Positions 33,029 to 43,749 of a stretch of 64,000 nucleotides of DNA are shown one piece after another (positions within the stretch are counted from its first letter, which is position 1; each line of letters starts with the position of its first letter). Below the pieces are notes generated by a model, which worked only from the letters and a program-made list of their open reading frames with translations, was not told the DNA's origin and searched no databases. Position numbers and translations under genes: made by a program. Location: contig CAVUSO010000001.1 in NCBI GenBank assembly GCA_963744145.1, positions 3,232,001-3,296,000 on the forward strand. The letters run 5' to 3'. The stretch comes from an uncultured cyanobacterium. GTDB lineage: Bacteria; Cyanobacteriota; Cyanobacteriia; Cyanobacteriales; CAWUOF01.

Positions 33029-33697
33029 AGAAATATTTACTGGCGGTTAAAACCGCACGAGCCGTTTCCCTCCCAGTTCTAAAGAACTGAGTTTCCCACT
33101 TACCGAGTTATTTCTATGAGGTTGATCCCCGCGTTTAGCTGTAAAATATCCAATAAAACAGACAGTAGCACCATGACAGTTTGGTACTGTTCCTATATCA
33201 ACTTGATAACTATTCTGATCGCCACTACTGGTTACATAAATTTTGAACCTAAACTCAGGCAAATGACTTGGTAATCGAATTGGTACTTCAGTTTGTCTTT
33301 CAAGACTGGGAAGAATTGAGCTGAAAATTTCAGCAGGCTGTTCAGAAGCTAATAACTGAGAGGCAAATACCCCGACCAAAAGTGTTCCGATGAAAGTCGG
33401 TATGGCTGTAGAGTTTAACGGTTTCATGGACATTTCCTAGCGATTTTGGTTCACTAACCATATAGTATTTGAAAATAACTTCAATATTTCATTAGGAGTT
33501 AACTCATACATCACTCTAGCCTCTTTTGTCAAACTGGGATGAAACCTTGATTTCTCGTTGACTAAAATGACGAAATATGCTATTAAAGATAGGATAGGTG
33601 CTTTTCAGGATTATGTCAAGCAAAATCTCTCAATACCTATGCAAAGATTGACCAAGATTGCTTTTTTGATCAATGCGATCGCTATATTTCAAAAAGA

Positions 33698-36600
33698 TTA
33701 AAGTGCCTCACCCATTAAAGTAAATCCCGCCCAATATTTAGGTTGAGGATATTTTTTCATAGTGTTTAACATCGCTTGTCTTAACGCTTGGGCTTGATCG
33801 GGGTTTTGTTTAAGTTGGTTGTAAAAGTCTGACATTAAATAACTGGTGGATTCATCACTCACAGACCATAGAGAAACAATTATGCTAGCAGCTCCCGCAC
33901 TGATGAGCGATCGCGATAATCCAATCACTCCGTCACTAGTTAATTTACCCCGTCCCGTGTTGCAGGCACTTAATACTACTAATTGCGCTTTGAGTTTTAG
34001 GTCTAAGATTTCGCTAGAGCTGAGTAGACCATCATCCTTGTCGGTTGGAGTTAGGGCGATCGCGCCTGGCAAACCTTGTTTTTGGATTTCATAAAGTAAT
34101 CCATGTGTTGCGAGATGAATAATATTTGATTTTTGCATCTGTTGAGTAATAAATGCTTTAGTTGCTTGAGCGCCAATGATGGGTTTAGTATTGAGTATTT
34201 GAGATACAGTTTTGGCTTCTGCTTCTGAATGGGGAAGCGGCTCTAATTGTCGGATATCACCCGAAATATTAACTTTAGGCATAATGGGATTTCCCATTAC
34301 GGTTATGTTCGATAAGGGTGATTGCTTGATGTTTTGGTGTTGTGTATGCGTGAGTTGTAAAATCTGAATAGATGGAGCAGTTAAAATGGTATGTTTTTCA
34401 ATCAGATATTTACCTTCTTCGTCTTGCAATGCTGCAAAAGGAACTAGGAATAAAGACTGATGAGGAATAAAGATAACTTTATCATTAGGATTTGTGGGTA
34501 ATAAATCAACGATTGGTTTTATTAGTATTTTATACATTTTCTGGTTACATAGACGTGGTAAAACGCAGAGTTGAGGTTTAGTAGTAATTATTTGTTGATT
34601 AGTCGAATTATTATCTGTTATCCCAACTACTGAACGAGTATTATTTACAAAGTTTGCTAATCCAGAATCAGATGATGGTAATCCTCTAGTAGCAGTTATA
34701 TCTATATGATTTTCAGTAAATTTTGTGAGATTGGTATTAAGAGGTTTTAAGTCAACAGATCGAAAAATAATTTCACCATTAGGCTTAATTACCCAAATAT
34801 ATAAAAATTCACCATCAATAACTGAATATTCAACAAGTGTTGAGTTTTGTTCAGATGCAATTCGTTGAATTTCCTGAATATTAGGGGAATTTATAGTACG
34901 CTCAACTGATGAAGATAAATGAGATGCTAATAATTCAACAAATGCTCTTGCTCTACCACGTTCGGATATTTCTAAGGCTTCTTTAGTTTTACTCTCAGCA
35001 ACTAATGCTCTTTGTAAATTGATATATGGATTTGTTTGGGTTTCAAATATTGATATTTTGTTAGGATCATTTAATCCATTTCGTAGCGATTCTGAAACAT
35101 TGATACTATCCAATAGTGGCTTTTCAGCATCATTGAAATTGCCTTGTTTGTACAAAGATAATCCCAAATGGTTTAGAACATTACCCTCATTATAACGGTC
35201 TTTAATTTTCTGTGTGATTGCCAATGACTGCTGAAAGTAATCAATAGCTTTGGTATATTGACCGAGAAAACGGTAAGCAATTCCTAGATTGCCCAGAGCA
35301 GCTCCCTCATCATGACGGCTTTTTATTTCTCGTACAATCACCAAATCCTGTTTAAGGTAATCAATAGCTGTGGTGGATTGGCCAAGATAATTGTAAGCAA
35401 TTCCCAGACCGCCGAGAGCATAACCCTCGGTTTGACGGTCTTTAATTTCCCTGGCGATCGCTAATTGCTGTTTAAGGTAATCAATGGCTGTAGTGAATTG
35501 GCCAAGATCATTGTAAGCAATTCCCAGATTGCCCAAAGCAAGACCCTCAGTTCGACGATCTTTGATTTCGCGTGCGATCGCTAATGCCTGTTGATAGTAA
35601 TCAATGGCTGTAGTGAATTGGCCAAGATCATCGTAAGCAATTCCCAGATTGCCCAGAGCAAGACCCTCAGTTTGACGGTCTTTTATTTCCCTGGCGATCG
35701 CTAATGCCTGTTGATAGTAATCAATGGCTGTGGTAAATTGGCCAAGATGATCGTAATTAGCTCCCAGATTGTTCAGAGTAAGACCCTCAGTTTGACGGTC
35801 TTTTATTTCCCTAGCGATCGCTAAGGTCTGTTTATCATAATCAATTGCTGTAGTGTATTGGCCAAGTGCATCGTAAGCATTTCTCAGATTGACTAGAACT
35901 TTAAACTCAATTTGACGATTTTTAATTTCTTGTGCGATCGCCAAACTTTGTTGATAGTAATTAATTGCTTTAGTATAGTCACCGAGAGACTGGTAAGCCC
36001 ATCCGAGATTGTTCAGATCCCAACCCTCAGTTTGACAGTCTTTAATTTCCCTAGCGATTGTCAAGCTTTGCTGTGTATAATTAATTGCTTTGGGATAGTC
36101 ACTCAGATCAAGGTAAGCAAGTCCCAGATTCAACAAAGCGTTACCCTCACCTTGACGGTCTTTAATTTCGCGGGCGATCGCCAAATATTGCTGATAGTAA
36201 TCGATCACTTTCGTATATTGACCGAGAGCATTGTAAGAATTTCCAAGATTGGTGAGAACTTTAAACTCAATTTGATCGTCTTTAATTTCCTGTGCGATCG
36301 CCAAACTTTGTTGATAGTAATTAATTGCTTTAGCATAGTCACCGAGAGACTGGTAAGCCCATCCGAGATTGTTAAGATCCCAACCCTCAGTTTGACGGTC
36401 TTTAATTTCCCTAGCGATTGTCAAGCTTTGCTGTGTATAATTAATTGCTTTGGGATAGTCACTCAGATCAAGGTAAGCAAGTCCCAGATTCAACAAAGCG
36501 TTACCCTCACCTTGACGGTCTTTAATTTCGCGGGTGATCGCCAAATATTGCTGATAGTAATCAATTGCTTTGGCATATTGACCGAGATCATAGTAAGCAT

Positions 36601-36892
36601 TACCTAAATTGCGTATAGTTACTCCCTCATATTTGCGGTCTTTAATTTCCTGATAAATAATTAGCGATTGTTGACATGATTGTAATGCTGCTTGAAATTG
36701 GCTGGTATCATCTTGCTTTTTACATTGCTCTAGTAATCCATCAGCCTCTTCTTTCCGATCCGCAGTTGTCTGAGCTACTGCGGATAAAGAATATATCTTT
36801 AATTTGGTATTAAAGCTAATTGAAAAAGCACTTAGATTTAACCCTACTAATAATGCCGAAATTACAGTCAATCTAATATTTTGCATTTTCAT
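33698..36892 (-). CDS. TPR-repeat CHAT-domain protein
   Basis: Signal peptide, 40-aa TPR units, CHAT motifs IHLATHG and VVLSACNTG, YWAGFTLMG. Confidence 0.93.
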   Translation of the reverse strand: MKMQNIRLTVISALLVGLNLSAFSISFNTKLKIYSLSAVAQTTADRKEEADGLLEQCKKQDDTSQFQAALQSCQQSLIIYQEIKDRKYEGVTIRNLGNAYYDLGQYAKAIDYYQQYLAITREIKDRQGEGNALLNLGLAYLDLSDYPKAINYTQQSLTIAREIKDRQTEGWDLNNLGWAYQSLGDYAKAINYYQQSLAIAQEIKDDQIEFKVLTNLGNSYNALGQYTKVIDYYQQYLAIAREIKDRQGEGNALLNLGLAYLDLSDYPKAINYTQQSLTIAREIKDCQTEGWDLNNLGWAYQSLGDYTKAINYYQQSLAIAQEIKNRQIEFKVLVNLRNAYDALGQYTTAIDYDKQTLAIAREIKDRQTEGLTLNNLGANYDHLGQFTTAIDYYQQALAIAREIKDRQTEGLALGNLGIAYDDLGQFTTAIDYYQQALAIAREIKDRRTEGLALGNLGIAYNDLGQFTTAIDYLKQQLAIAREIKDRQTEGYALGGLGIAYNYLGQSTTAIDYLKQDLVIVREIKSRHDEGAALGNLGIAYRFLGQYTKAIDYFQQSLAITQKIKDRYNEGNVLNHLGLSLYKQGNFNDAEKPLLDSINVSESLRNGLNDPNKISIFETQTNPYINLQRALVAESKTKEALEISERGRARAFVELLASHLSSSVERTINSPNIQEIQRIASEQNSTLVEYSVIDGEFLYIWVIKPNGEIIFRSVDLKPLNTNLTKFTENHIDITATRGLPSSDSGLANFVNNTRSVVGITDNNSTNQQIITTKPQLCVLPRLCNQKMYKILIKPIVDLLPTNPNDKVIFIPHQSLFLVPFAALQDEEGKYLIEKHTILTAPSIQILQLTHTQHQNIKQSPLSNITVMGNPIMPKVNISGDIRQLEPLPHSEAEAKTVSQILNTKPIIGAQATKAFITQQMQKSNIIHLATHGLLYEIQKQGLPGAIALTPTDKDDGLLSSSEILDLKLKAQLVVLSACNTGRGKLTSDGVIGLSRSLISAGAASIIVSLWSVSDESTSYLMSDFYNQLKQNPDQAQALRQAMLNTMKKYPQPKYWAGFTLMGEAL

Positions 36893-37068
36893 AAAGATTT
36901 ACATCACTAGATAACTATTGAAAGTTGCTACTTAGAATTTTTGGGCAATCGCTTTCAATATGCTAGCAGAAAAACCTTTATTCTTCAAATTGGATTGCAC
37001 TGCGATCGCACTTAATCATTGAACTTTAGGCATAAAACAGCTCTGATGCGAGGGGTGGGATTGTCAAA

Positions 37069-39744
37069 TTAGGCATATCCATATTTTTTGATAAACCAAA
37101 TTTTCACAAATTGAGTCAATCCGCAATAACAAGTTAGGATTAAAGCTAACCAGAGAAAATAAACAGCTGGTAAGGAAACGAACCCTAGACTGGTAGCGAT
37201 CGGAGAAAATGGTATATATATTCCGATCCCCATAACAGTAGCAGTAATCAGCAACATAGGTAAAGAAGCCAAACTTTGGAAAAAAGGAACCTTAGTTGTG
37301 CGAATTACATGAACAATTAATGTTTGAGTCATCAGACTTTCGACAAACCAACCCGTTTGGAACAAAGCTTGATTGTGGACAGAAGTTGCGCCAAAGACAA
37401 ACCACATTAGGGCATAAGTAGCATAGTCGAAAATGGAGCTAATCGGACCGATGAATATCATAAATCGCTGGATATTATCAATTTCCCACTTTGGTGGTTT
37501 AACCAGAGCTTCTTGATCTACATGATCAAAAGGGATACCTGTTTGGGAAAAGTCGTAGAGAAGATTATTGATTAATATCTGCACTGGTTGCATGGGTAAA
37601 AAAGGCAGAATTGCACTGGCACCCAAGACACTAAACATATTGCCAAAATTAGAGCTGGTTCCCATTCTGATATATTTGATTATGTTGGCAAAAGTTTGGC
37701 GACCTTCAATTACTCCAGATTCCAGAACCAACAAGTTTTTTTCTAACAAAATAATATCTGCCGACTCTTTAGCAATATCAACTGCTGTATCAACAGAGAT
37801 CCCCACATCTGCTTCCCGTAAAGCTGCTGCATCATTGATCCCATCTCCCATATATCCCACAATATTACCTTTTTTTCGCAGCACCTGAATAACTTTGGCT
37901 TTTTGGGTGGGAGAAAATTTAGCAAAAATGGTTGTAGTTACCGCAGATTTGGCTAATTCATCATCCGATAAAGACTCAATATCACTACCTAATAAAACTT
38001 GGTGAACAGGTAAGCCAACATCTTTACAGATTTTCCGAGTGATGATTTCATTATCCCCAGTTAAAATTTTTATATCGACTCCATTGCGCTTGAGAGCTTT
38101 AATCGCTTCAGCCGCAGAATCTTTGGGTGGATCGAGAAACGCAATGTTGCCCAACAGAACCAAATCACTCTCATCGGCAATAGCGTAATGTGATTGATCT
38201 GGTGGCATCACTTTGTATGCTACTGCAATTACTCGTAAACCGTCAGAGTTGAGTTTTTGTTGTAAATCAGCAACTTTAGTACGGGCTGACTCATCCATTG
38301 CTATAACCTGGTCATTGACTTTGAGCTGGGTACAGACTTTGAGAACTTCTTCAACTGCACCTTTGCAAATTAGGACGTGCTGTTTTCCTATTTCTTCGAT
38401 GACAACAGACATACGACGACGTACAAAGTCAAAGGGAATTTCATCAAATTTATGGTAGGTTTTCTCCACGTCTAAAGATTTAAGTTCTTGATTTTTTTCA
38501 AGAACAGCGATATCCAATAAATTTTTTAAGCCAGTCTGGTAAAAACTATTAAGATAGGCGTATTTTAGGACATCTTTACTATCTTCACCATAGGGATCTA
38601 AGTGCCTTTGCAAAACAATTTTATCTTGGGTGAGAGTACCGGTTTTATCAGTGCAAAGAATATTCATGGAGCCAAAATCTTGAATCGCATCAATATTCTT
38701 GACAATCACCTTTTTATTAGACATAGCGATCGCCCCCTTTGCTAAATTTGCGGTGACAATCACAGGTAACATTTCTGGAGCTAGTCCTACAGCAACAGAT
38801 AAAGAAAATGTAAATGCTTCAATCCAATTACCTTTAGCCAATCCATTGATCAGAAATACCAGTGGAGCCATAATCATCATAAAGCGTACTAGCAGCATAG
38901 TCACGCCATTCACACCTTTATTAAAGCTTGTTCTTACTCTGCGTCCACTGACAGTTTTAGCCAGTGATGCTAGATAAGTATGACTACCAGTTTGTGCAAC
39001 AACAGCTGTTCCAGAACCACTGACTACAGCAGTACCCATAAAACAGAGATTGACTAGCTCCAGGGGATTTTTCTCCTTATCATCGGGCAGTTCTGCGTGT
39101 TTTTCAGCAGGTAAAGACTCCCCAGTGAGAGTTGACTGACTGAGGAATAAATCCTTCGTATCAATCAACCTGATATCAGCGGGAATCATATCTCCGGCTG
39201 AAAGAAAGATGATATCACCAGGCACCAACAGTTTTACTGCAATTTCTTTTCCTGGTGTTATTCCCTTCTCTTTTTTCGGTGCATCATCTTTAATGGTATC
39301 CTGGCGAATTACTGTTGCTGTTGTACTTACCATTTCCCGCAGTTTTTCAGCGGCTTTGTTAGACTGAAATTCCTGAGAAAAACGCAGCAACCCACCAAAA
39401 ACTACCATCATAAAAATGATCAAGGCAGCTGTTGGACTTCCAGTTAAAAGTGAAACTGTCCCCAGAACAATAAGTAAAAGCGAGAGGGGATTAGTCATCG
39501 CTTTGAACAGTTGAACATACCATTTGATCGGTTTTTCGCGGGCAATCTCATTCAGCCCGGATTTCCCTAACCTCCGGTTAGCTTCAGTCTCACTCAGACC
39601 CGACCGAGAAGTGTCGAATAAGTGCAAAACTCCATCCACATCACGTTGAGCGATATCGATGAGTGCGTTGGATGAATCTACAGATGAATTCGATTTTGGT
39701 TTAGACTGCTTGGATGAATTTACAGTCTGACTTAATAATTTCAT
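37069..39744 (-). CDS. mgtA: Magnesium-translocating P-type ATPase
   Basis: TGES, GLAPEMLP, DKTGTLT, QTGLKNLLD, PFDFVRRRMS, GDGINDA, SSNFGN and FQTGWFVESL. Confidence 0.93.
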   Translation of the reverse strand: MKLLSQTVNSSKQSKPKSNSSVDSSNALIDIAQRDVDGVLHLFDTSRSGLSETEANRRLGKSGLNEIAREKPIKWYVQLFKAMTNPLSLLLIVLGTVSLLTGSPTAALIIFMMVVFGGLLRFSQEFQSNKAAEKLREMVSTTATVIRQDTIKDDAPKKEKGITPGKEIAVKLLVPGDIIFLSAGDMIPADIRLIDTKDLFLSQSTLTGESLPAEKHAELPDDKEKNPLELVNLCFMGTAVVSGSGTAVVAQTGSHTYLASLAKTVSGRRVRTSFNKGVNGVTMLLVRFMMIMAPLVFLINGLAKGNWIEAFTFSLSVAVGLAPEMLPVIVTANLAKGAIAMSNKKVIVKNIDAIQDFGSMNILCTDKTGTLTQDKIVLQRHLDPYGEDSKDVLKYAYLNSFYQTGLKNLLDIAVLEKNQELKSLDVEKTYHKFDEIPFDFVRRRMSVVIEEIGKQHVLICKGAVEEVLKVCTQLKVNDQVIAMDESARTKVADLQQKLNSDGLRVIAVAYKVMPPDQSHYAIADESDLVLLGNIAFLDPPKDSAAEAIKALKRNGVDIKILTGDNEIITRKICKDVGLPVHQVLLGSDIESLSDDELAKSAVTTTIFAKFSPTQKAKVIQVLRKKGNIVGYMGDGINDAAALREADVGISVDTAVDIAKESADIILLEKNLLVLESGVIEGRQTFANIIKYIRMGTSSNFGNMFSVLGASAILPFLPMQPVQILINNLLYDFSQTGIPFDHVDQEALVKPPKWEIDNIQRFMIFIGPISSIFDYATYALMWFVFGATSVHNQALFQTGWFVESLMTQTLIVHVIRTTKVPFFQSLASLPMLLITATVMGIGIYIPFSPIATSLGFVSLPAVYFLWLALILTCYCGLTQFVKIWFIKKYGYA

Positions 39745-39765
39745 AAAGTATTTTCCGTTGGATGG

Positions 39766-40176
39766 TTAAATTAGGGCAAAGTGCTGTCTAACCTTCGCTG
39801 CGATCTGACGATCGGTCATCTTGTCAACTGTTTCAATCCCCACAATGCGGTTACCAAGGTTATTTCCTTCAATCCGTTTTTGAAGTTCATCCTTTGCCTC
39901 ACCCGGACCAAATATCAGAATAGACTCTGCATCACGAATACACATAATTACCGCATCATAGTAAATATTGAGATGTTCTGTAAAAGCTCTCTGACGGCTA
40001 TTATCCTCCGGGATCTGAAGTGATTCATAAGGACGACCATTAAGAGGTGAATCACCAGAACGCCGAAGTTGTTTTTCTACTTCCGATATTATCTCTTTTA
40101 TCTCTTCTCCTTTCTCCGTAAGAGCCACGATAATAGTCTTTCTATGGTCAACCCATAGCCCTATTTTTGTCTTCAT
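39766..40176 (-). CDS. Putative eRF1/host-attachment-like (baeRF-type) protein
   Basis: IGLWVDHRKT...ILIFGPGEAKDEL...IETVDKMTDRQIAAKVR; RBS AAGGAG. Confidence 0.6.
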   Translation of the reverse strand: MKTKIGLWVDHRKTIIVALTEKGEEIKEIISEVEKQLRRSGDSPLNGRPYESLQIPEDNSRQRAFTEHLNIYYDAVIMCIRDAESILIFGPGEAKDELQKRIEGNNLGNRIVGIETVDKMTDRQIAAKVRQHFALI

Positions 40177-40262
40177 TGATATCTCCTTTGTTAACAAATA
40201 ATACCTATTGTCTTCTCGTAGTCAACTGGCTTTTGCCAGGAATAAATCACAATCAGTTATCT

Positions 40263-40559
40263 CTAATGAGACTTATACGCCTGAAGTTGTGACCGCAATT
40301 GGGCAATTTCCGTCGCCAGATCTAGCACCATTGAGGCTCCCACTAAGTTCAACCCCAAGTCTTGACGCAATCGCCTAATCTGAGCAATTCGAGCAATTTG
40401 GCGTGAATGTAGCATTGATCCGATTGGCTCAATCACACCTAACTCAACATAAGACTGCACTAGTGTAGTTGAAGTCTCAGTCATTAATGCAGCATATTCA
40501 AAGGTATAGAGTTGCTCTCCTTCGAGAGAAAGCACGGTAGTTGAAAGACTGAAGGTCAT
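40263..40559 (-). CDS. cbpM: Chaperone modulator CbpM-like (MerR-type)
   Basis: [20 protein letters not shown]; overlaps the cbpA stop by 4 nt. Confidence 0.85.
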   Translation of the reverse strand: MTFSLSTTVLSLEGEQLYTFEYAALMTETSTTLVQSYVELGVIEPIGSMLHSRQIARIAQIRRLRQDLGLNLVGASMVLDLATEIAQLRSQLQAYKSH

Positions 40560-41521
40560 AACTTAATCTCCTTTAACTGGATACGCGGGTTAAAACTTGT
40601 ATTTGCCTGGATTTTTTCGTAGTATTCTTGTTCAATCGGACTAAGGTCTTTTGGTGTAACAATCTGAAGTTTGATCAATAAGTCACCTCGTCCCCCTTTT
40701 GGCAATGTCCAGCCTTTACCTTGCAGTCGGAGAGATTGTCCCGATCGCACCCCTTTAGGAATTTTCAGCATCACGCTGTCATCAGGAGTCGGTACACTAA
40801 TTTCAGCCCCTAAAACCGCTTCATCAGGGCGAATTGGAACATCACCAACGAGGTGATCTCCTTCAAATCGAAAGAAGGGATGGGGTAACATTTGGATGGT
40901 TAGATACAAATCACCGGGCTGTTGAGAGAATGGACTAGGACGACCTTTACCTTTGATCCGAATTTGACTACCCGGTTTTGCACCTGCGGGAATGCGAACG
41001 TTGATCGTTTGATCGTCAAGTTGGAGTCGCTTTTGAACACCATGAAACGCTTCAGAAAATGTGAGAGCGATCGCAGCAACTGTATCTGGTGCAGGAGCTT
41101 GAGAACGAAATCCGTTACCAGAACCATTAAAACCATCGGTTGCATTCTGATCGGTGTAGTTTCTTTGTCTTGATCCACTTCTTCTGAGTAGATCATTGAT
41201 AAAGGAATCAAAACTATCGTACTGATCAAACTGGTCTGTCGCTACATTAGTTCCTCTGGGTGGTGACGCTTCACTATAACCAGGCTGATTCCAATGCTGA
41301 CCAAACTGATCATACTTCTGTCGTTTTTCTGCATCAGAGAGTACCTCATTTGCTTCGTTTAGGTCTTTAAACTTTGCCTCGGCGTTTTTGTCTTTAGGAT
41401 TGAGATCAGGATGATACTTGCGAGCAAGCTTGCGGTAAGCCCGTTTGATTTCTTCAGGAGTTGCAGTTTTGCTTACTCCTAAAATAGCATAGTAGTCTTT
41501 AAAATCTGTTGCAGTTGGCAT
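40556..41521 (-). CDS. cbpA: CbpA-like DnaJ class B chaperone
   Basis: J domain with HPD, no Zn finger, DnaJ C-terminal domain, coupled to cbpM. Confidence 0.85.
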   Translation of the reverse strand: MPTATDFKDYYAILGVSKTATPEEIKRAYRKLARKYHPDLNPKDKNAEAKFKDLNEANEVLSDAEKRQKYDQFGQHWNQPGYSEASPPRGTNVATDQFDQYDSFDSFINDLLRRSGSRQRNYTDQNATDGFNGSGNGFRSQAPAPDTVAAIALTFSEAFHGVQKRLQLDDQTINVRIPAGAKPGSQIRIKGKGRPSPFSQQPGDLYLTIQMLPHPFFRFEGDHLVGDVPIRPDEAVLGAEISVPTPDDSVMLKIPKGVRSGQSLRLQGKGWTLPKGGRGDLLIKLQIVTPKDLSPIEQEYYEKIQANTSFNPRIQLKEIKL

Positions 41522-41721
41522 TATTAACCTCTTGATTCTCTGGCGAAGACGTTGATATTAAAATTTTTAATACATTTTCATACAACTCTTATATTTCAAA
41601 CATTTGCATATACATTATGCCCAATCTACTTATGTTATACTGTTGGAATAAGAAAAATAGTTCACATCTAAATTATTTTCTTTCTCCTGATTTCAAGCTG
41701 ATCTATTGGATCGGTAAAAAT

Positions 41722-42654
41722 ATGACTGATAAACATCACCAGTCTGATTCATCGTCGCACCTATTTACCATCAAAAAATTTGAAGATTTTATTCATCCCT
41801 TTATTGTTTCATCAGGACAGAAAATTTCCCTTGTCAAAGACTACAACCCAGCTTACAAAGCCCATTATCTGAAGAAATCAGAAGCTCAAAGTGAATTGCA
41901 GGAAGGTATTGAGGGTTTAGCCAAATATCAGGATATTCTCTATGCTCAAAATACCTATGCTTTGCTAATTATTTTTCAAGCAATGGATGCTGCTGGTAAA
42001 GACAGTACCATCAAACATGTCATGTCTGGTATCAATCCCCAAGGATGTCAGGTATATAGCTTCAAAATTCCCTCTACAGAAGAATTGGATCATACTTATT
42101 TATGGAGATGCTGCAAAGCTTTACCAGCACAAGGACAAATTGGGATTTTTAATCGCTCATATTATGAAGAAGTGCTAGTAACCCGAGTCCATCCAGAAGC
42201 TCTCAAGCGACAAAACCTCCCGTCTAGTTTAATAGACAAAAATATTTGGAAAAACCGCTTTGACGAAATAAACAGCTTCGAGAAATATCTGGTTCAAAAT
42301 GGGATTATTATCCTCAAATTTTTCCTAAATGTATCTAAAGAAGAACAGAAAAAACGCTTTTTAGAACGAATTAACCTCCCTGATAAGAACTGGAAGTTTT
42401 CTATTAATGATGCTCAGGAGCGTACTTTTTGGAATGACTATATGACTGCCTATGAAGATATGTTCAATCATACCAGCACCACCTGGGCACCCTGGTATAT
42501 TATCCCTGCTGATCACAAATGGTTTACTCGCCTTGCAGTAGCTGGCATAATTTACAATCAGTTAAAGAAACTCAATCTCAAATATCCAGAGGTCAGCGAA
42601 GAAAAACACCAAGAACTTTTACAAGCAAAGGCAATGATTGAAAGCCAGGAATAA
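41722..42654 (+). CDS. ppk2: Polyphosphate kinase 2 family protein
   Basis: FQAMDAAGKDSTIKHV, IFNRSYYEEVLV and PWYIIPADHKWFTR. Confidence 0.93.
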   Translation: MTDKHHQSDSSSHLFTIKKFEDFIHPFIVSSGQKISLVKDYNPAYKAHYLKKSEAQSELQEGIEGLAKYQDILYAQNTYALLIIFQAMDAAGKDSTIKHVMSGINPQGCQVYSFKIPSTEELDHTYLWRCCKALPAQGQIGIFNRSYYEEVLVTRVHPEALKRQNLPSSLIDKNIWKNRFDEINSFEKYLVQNGIIILKFFLNVSKEEQKKRFLERINLPDKNWKFSINDAQERTFWNDYMTAYEDMFNHTSTTWAPWYIIPADHKWFTRLAVAGIIYNQLKKLNLKYPEVSEEKHQELLQAKAMIESQE

Positions 42655-42842
42655 AGCTTTGTTAGCCATATATTGTACCAGAATGTATTAACAATACTTA
42701 GTCTGACACACTTCGATGAGAAATGATGTTTAATCAAGCGTTTGACTAGCGTATAAGTTGTATTTTTTGTACTAAAAGCTTGCAAATTGTTACATTTGAT
42801 CTAATTCGCGCACTAGAGCGGCTTTGATTTTTTGATCTTTAT

Positions 42843-43478
42843 TCATGCCTCATTCGTTTGGGGCAAACCGGCTTGAAAAATCTGTTCTGCTGTTAGTTGC
42901 AATTCTGGAAATGCAGGCGATTCAATGCGATCACTTCCCCGAAACTGTTTGACCTGATACTCCCCATCTATCAGTTGGCAAACTGAGATGGTGGGTTGTT
43001 TGGGATTGCCAATAAACCGTCTACCACCCAAACCCCGATAGTCAACGATCCAATATTCGGGTATGCCAAAAAGTTCATATTCCCCCATTTTCATCAGATA
43101 ATCATCTTGCCAGTTGGTACTGACTACCTCTACAGCCAGTCGTATCGAAGCGCCCATCGTGATGACAGATTCTTTCTGCCAACGTGGTTCGTTTAAGAGC
43201 GCAGTTCGGTCTAGAACAATTATATCGGGCTGATAACCTGATTCGTTACGGGCGGGTTTAAGTAGACAATCACCGGGAATAGAGTAAGGCAATTCGCGAC
43301 GGTCAATTTCAACTGCTAGTTTTAAGCTGATCAAACCTGTAACATCGGAATGATCGCCAGTTCCTAAAGGCATTTCAATAATTATTCCGTTGTGTAGTTC
43401 GTAGTAGTACGGCGAATTTTCTGGATACCATGCAACGAACTCATCAAAAGTGACTGTTTTAGCTATGGTTTGAATCAT
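42843..43478 (-). CDS. Uma2-family endonuclease
   Basis: YELHNG, YQPDIIVL, AVEVVS and GIPEYWIVD. Confidence 0.9.
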   Translation of the reverse strand: MIQTIAKTVTFDEFVAWYPENSPYYYELHNGIIIEMPLGTGDHSDVTGLISLKLAVEIDRRELPYSIPGDCLLKPARNESGYQPDIIVLDRTALLNEPRWQKESVITMGASIRLAVEVVSTNWQDDYLMKMGEYELFGIPEYWIVDYRGLGGRRFIGNPKQPTISVCQLIDGEYQVKQFRGSDRIESPAFPELQLTAEQIFQAGLPQTNEA

Positions 43479-43507
43479 GGTTTTTTCTTCGCTTTTTGAG
43501 GTTTTGG

Positions 43508-43605
43508 GGGCGACAATTGAACGCTCAAATGAGTAATATTAGACCCGAATGCTTCGCCCAACTTCCGTCGATATCTCCCAAAATATCCTTAAACGAACCA
43601 TATTG
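43508..43605. repeat. REP-like/MITE remnant homologous to 47871-48014
   Basis: GGGCGACAATTGAAC...AGTAATATTAGACCCGAATGCTTCGCCC...GATATCTCCCAAAA. Confidence 0.75.
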
Positions 43606-43749
43606 GTAGTGAAGCGATCGCTTGAAGAGGTCTTGTTACAAAACTTTACATCGTGTCCTATTTTTCAGTTATGTCGGTATAATCTCTACCAGTCGATCGC
43701 CTAAATGATTGAGATTCAGCATTACTAGACGGAATATAGGTAAAAATAA

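Larger units (their letters stand above)
31223..33115 (-). mobile_element. IS605-type element with divergent tnpA and tnpB
   Basis: Subterminal hairpins CTCAGTTCTTTAGAACTGGGAG (LE) and CTCAGTGTCTTTAGACCTGAGAG-TATCAA (RE); no TSD; inserted after (C)TCAT. Confidence 0.92.
31007..33433 (-). pseudogene. Exported hypothetical protein split by IS605
   Basis: 33433-33116 (...FTAKRGDQPH) joins in frame to 31222-31007 (FDQAVQLSQNITGYYKSLSCGGSCSPPAIEW...KPN*). Confidence 0.88.

Noticed and set aside
35912..36607. 231-aa plus-strand ORF
   Set aside because: Antisense shadow of the TPR repeats
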